Source: Gammaproteobacteria bacterium (GTDB lineage: Bacteria; Pseudomonadota; Gammaproteobacteria; Eutrophobiales; Eutrophobiaceae). Taken from it: a DNA stretch of 64,000 nucleotides. Positions 61,002 to 64,000 of this stretch are shown in pieces (the stretch's first letter is position 1; each line of letters starts with the position of its first letter). The DNA is taken from the NCBI GenBank assembly GCA_965222155.1, contig CBDCTH010000012.1, positions 2,016,001-2,080,000 on the forward strand, in the 5' to 3' direction. The position numbers and the translations under genes were made by a program. A model generated the notes under the pieces. That model saw only the letters and a program-made list of their open reading frames with translations, did no database searches and was not told where the DNA came from.

Positions 61002-64000
61002 ATGCGAATCATGCGCGGCTCCACCGCCTTCTCACAATTCCGGATCGAGAAAAAGCTGGCCGAACTGTCACGGATTCTGCCCGGTATCCGTAAGGCGCGG
61101 GCCGAATTTATCCATTTCCTGGATATTGATGATCCTTTGACCTCCCGGCAAGAGGAGCAGCTGGCCGAATTGCTCACTTATGGGCAACCGGCAAATGTCG
61201 CTGTTGCCATGCCGCCCGCCTGTATTGTTATTCCCAGGCCGGGGATGATTTCCCCCTGGTCCAGCAAGGCAACAGATATCCTGCATCATTGTGGCCTAGC
61301 GGCATTGAAAAGAATTGAACGCGGAACCTGCTGGTATCTCGAAAACAGCGATGGTCAACGGGTGAGCAGCACGCAACTGGATAAGATTAAACACCATCTG
61401 TACGATCAGATGACTCAAGTCGTTATTGGGGATGTCAATGAGGCAACGTCTCTTTTTGCCGCCCGGGAAGCCGGCAAGCTGACACATATCCGTCTTGGCG
61501 CTGACGGCAAGGCAGCGTTGCAGGATGCCAACGCGACATTGGGACTGGCTTTATCCGAACAGGAAATTGATTACCTGTACGACGCATACAGCAGGCTGGA
61601 ACGGGACCCAACGGACGTGGAACTGATGACCTTCGCGCAGGTGAACTCGGAGCATTGCCGTCATAAGATTTTTAATGCGGAGTGGATCATAGACGACGAA
61701 ACCAGGACAAAAAGCCTGTTTGACCTGATCAGGGACACCCATGCAGCACATCCGGGCCGGGTGCTGGCCGCCTATTCAGATAATGCTGCGGTGATGCGCG
61801 GACACCATGCCGCGCGCTTCTTTGCCTCGCCGCTGGATCATAAATACCGTTATGAACAGGAAGATGTACATATTGTGATGAAGGTGGAGACCCATAATCA
61901 CCCTACCGCGATCTCGCCGTTTCCGGGTGCTGCCACCGGTTCCGGCGGCGAGATTCGCGATGAGGCCGCAACCGGTTGCGGGGCCAGGCCGAAAGCCGGG
62001 TTCACGGGGTTTACCGTTTCCAACCTGAATATACCGGCATTGCCGCAAGCCTGGGAGCGGGCACCGGACAAGCCTGACCACCTTGCTTCTCCACTGGACA
62101 TCATGCTGGAAGGACCTATCGGCGCAGCGTCATACAACAATGAGTTCGGCCGCCCTGCCCTTGCCGGCTATTTCCGCACGTTTGAGCAGGCCGACGAACG
62201 CTCAGGCAACATCCGCGGTTACCATAAACCCATCATGCTGGCCGGCGGCTATGGCGCCATCCGGCCGCGCCACGTCAACAAAAACACTCTTCCATCGGGC
62301 AGTAAAATCGTCGTTCTGGGCGGCCCGGCAATGCTGATCGGCCTCGGTGGCGGCGCGGCCTCCTCCGTGGACTCCGGCGCAGGCAAGCAGGAACTGGATT
62401 TCGCTTCCGTGCAACGGGATAACGCGGAAATGCAGCGCCGTTGCCAGGAAGTCATCGATCAATGCTGGGCGCTGGGCGCGGCGAACCCGATATTGTCGAT
62501 CCACGACGTGGGCGCAGGCGGTCTGTCCAATGCACTGCCCGAACTGGTCCACCAGGGTGATACTGGCGCCGTGTTTGATTTACGGGCAGTCCATAGCGCC
62601 GACCTGGGCATGTCACCGATGGAATTATGGTGTAATGAGTCCCAGGAGAGATACGTCCTGGCTATTGCCGCCAAGGATGCGGGGTTGTTCGGCTCCCTGT
62701 GCGAGCGGGAGCGGGCGCCGTACGCAATCATCGGCGAGACGAATAACAGCGGACGCCTGCTGGTCACTGATAACCAATCCGGCACTGTTCCCATCGACGT
62801 GCCCCTTGAGATGATACTCGGCAAAACTCCCGGGCTGTCGTTCCGGGTAAAGGCATACCCGGGCGCCCGGGAAACGCGCAGACCGGATGCTATTTCCCTG
62901 GACGAGGCCATAGCCCGGGTGCTGCAAGTACCGGCCGTGTCTGATAAACGTTTCCTGATCACTATCGGTGACCGCAGTGTATCCGGCCTGGTGGTCCGTG
63001 ACCAGATGGTAGGGCCGTGGCAAACCCCGGTTGCGGACTGTGCGGTTACCGCGTCCTCATTCGGCGCCTTTACCGGCGAGGCCATGGCCCTGGGAGAACG
63101 CCCACCGGTCGCCGTCAGCAACGCACCGGCGTCCGGACGGCTGGCCGTCGCGGAGGCCCTGACAAACATCTGCTCCACCCGCATCCTGCGTCTGGAGGAC
63201 GTGGCCCTGTCCGCAAACTGGATGGCAGCCAGCGGCGATGCGGAAGAAAAAGCAGCCTTGTACGCCACCGTCGAGGCCGTATCGATGCTGGCACAGCAGT
63301 TAGGCATAGCTATCCCGGTGGGCAAGGATTCAATGTCGATGAGCGTGGCATGGACGCAAACAGGCCGGGAGAAACGGGTAACGTCGCCGCTATCGCTGAA
63401 CGTCACCGCTTTTGCCGCCGTCGCAGACATTCGCAAGACTTTGACGCCACAGTTACAGAGGTTGGATGACTCCGCGCTGTTGCTGATTGACCTGGGCATG
63501 GGAAAAAACCGCCTGGGCGGCTCTGCCCTGGCGCAGGTGACGCAGCAGACCGGCCTGGCCACCCCCGACCTGGACGAGCCGGCCCTGTTAACGGCCTGTT
63601 TCAACGGGGTCCAGTTGCTGAATGAAACCGGCTATATCCTGGCCTACCATGATCGTTCGGACGGAGGCGTCTTCACTACCCTGTGCGAAATGGCATTTGC
63701 CGGCCGTTGCGGCCTGGACGTCCATACCGGCAATACCGGCCTGCAGGCGTTCCTGTTCAACGAAGAACCCGGGATCGTGCTGCAGATCCCCACGGAACAC
63801 CTGCAGACGGTACAGGAAACCCTGCTTCAATCCGGCCTTCCCGAGGCCTGCCTGTCGGTAGTTGCCAGTCCGAACGGGGATAACGAAGTGCGCATCAGAC
63901 ATCAGGACAAGGTGGTCTACACAGCCGCGATAAATCAACTGCACCGGCTCTGGTCGCTGACTTCGTACCATATACAGGCATTACGGGATAATCCTGCCTG
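61002..64000 (+). CDS. purL: phosphoribosylformylglycinamidine synthase (runs off window)
   Basis: Manual translation: MRIMRGSTAFSQFR, FAQVNSEHCRHKIFN, KVETHNHPTAISPFPGAATG, YHDRSDGG; start and two spot-checked motifs share one frame. Confidence 0.96.
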   Translation, partial: MRIMRGSTAFSQFRIEKKLAELSRILPGIRKARAEFIHFLDIDDPLTSRQEEQLAELLTYGQPANVAVAMPPACIVIPRPGMISPWSSKATDILHHCGLAALKRIERGTCWYLENSDGQRVSSTQLDKIKHHLYDQMTQVVIGDVNEATSLFAAREAGKLTHIRLGADGKAALQDANATLGLALSEQEIDYLYDAYSRLERDPTDVELMTFAQVNSEHCRHKIFNAEWIIDDETRTKSLFDLIRDTHAAHPGRVLAAYSDNAAVMRGHHAARFFASPLDHKYRYEQEDVHIVMKVETHNHPTAISPFPGAATGSGGEIRDEAATGCGARPKAGFTGFTVSNLNIPALPQAWERAPDKPDHLASPLDIMLEGPIGAASYNNEFGRPALAGYFRTFEQADERSGNIRGYHKPIMLAGGYGAIRPRHVNKNTLPSGSKIVVLGGPAMLIGLGGGAASSVDSGAGKQELDFASVQRDNAEMQRRCQEVIDQCWALGAANPILSIHDVGAGGLSNALPELVHQGDTGAVFDLRAVHSADLGMSPMELWCNESQERYVLAIAAKDAGLFGSLCERERAPYAIIGETNNSGRLLVTDNQSGTVPIDVPLEMILGKTPGLSFRVKAYPGARETRRPDAISLDEAIARVLQVPAVSDKRFLITIGDRSVSGLVVRDQMVGPWQTPVADCAVTASSFGAFTGEAMALGERPPVAVSNAPASGRLAVAEALTNICSTRILRLEDVALSANWMAASGDAEEKAALYATVEAVSMLAQQLGIAIPVGKDSMSMSVAWTQTGREKRVTSPLSLNVTAFAAVADIRKTLTPQLQRLDDSALLLIDLGMGKNRLGGSALAQVTQQTGLATPDLDEPALLTACFNGVQLLNETGYILAYHDRSDGGVFTTLCEMAFAGRCGLDVHTGNTGLQAFLFNEEPGIVLQIPTEHLQTVQETLLQSGLPEACLSVVASPNGDNEVRIRHQDKVVYTAAINQLHRLWSLTSYHIQALRDNPA

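Noticed and set aside
62459-63604. 381-aa minus-strand ORF
   Set aside because: Antisense shadow of purL, which the ORF track omitted because it runs off the window

Overview
Gammaproteobacterial chromosomal segment. Conserved blocks: proB(partial)-obgE-rpmA-rplU, ispB-tRNA-Pro(CGG), glyA-nrdR-ribD-nusB-thiL, mfd, gyrA-serC-pheA-hisC-tyrA-aroA-cmk-rpsA-ihfB-lapA, pyrC-rnt and tas-purB-purL(partial). Accessory material interrupts these blocks in four places. (1) A frameshifted YadA-type adhesin with a C20 tract in its signal-peptide region lies between rplU and ispB. (2) An AT-rich, integrase-less 7-kb island is bracketed by a 181-bp duplication of the thiL 3' end. It carries a tightly coupled 5-gene operon: two unknowns, a ParA/MinD(KGGVGR)-type NTPase fused to an ORC/CDC6-like ATPase, a possible tandem CARF-like protein, and an amino-DNA methyltransferase with a TRD-like tail. 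This is the best candidate for an undescribed defence/conflict system. (3) A decaying defence/TA patch at 48.6-55.7 kb holds PIN plus HTH-Zn peptidase, broken type I RM, AbiEi, HigBA and a split kinase. (4) One gene is disrupted by a 38-bp repeat / 35-bp spacer / 38-bp repeat unit that looks like an ectopic CRISPR spacer integration. Intergenic DNA is densely populated by several MITE/REP-like families, including a 28-bp element that inserts site-specifically into other repeats. All calls come from reading motifs by eye; no database searches were run.
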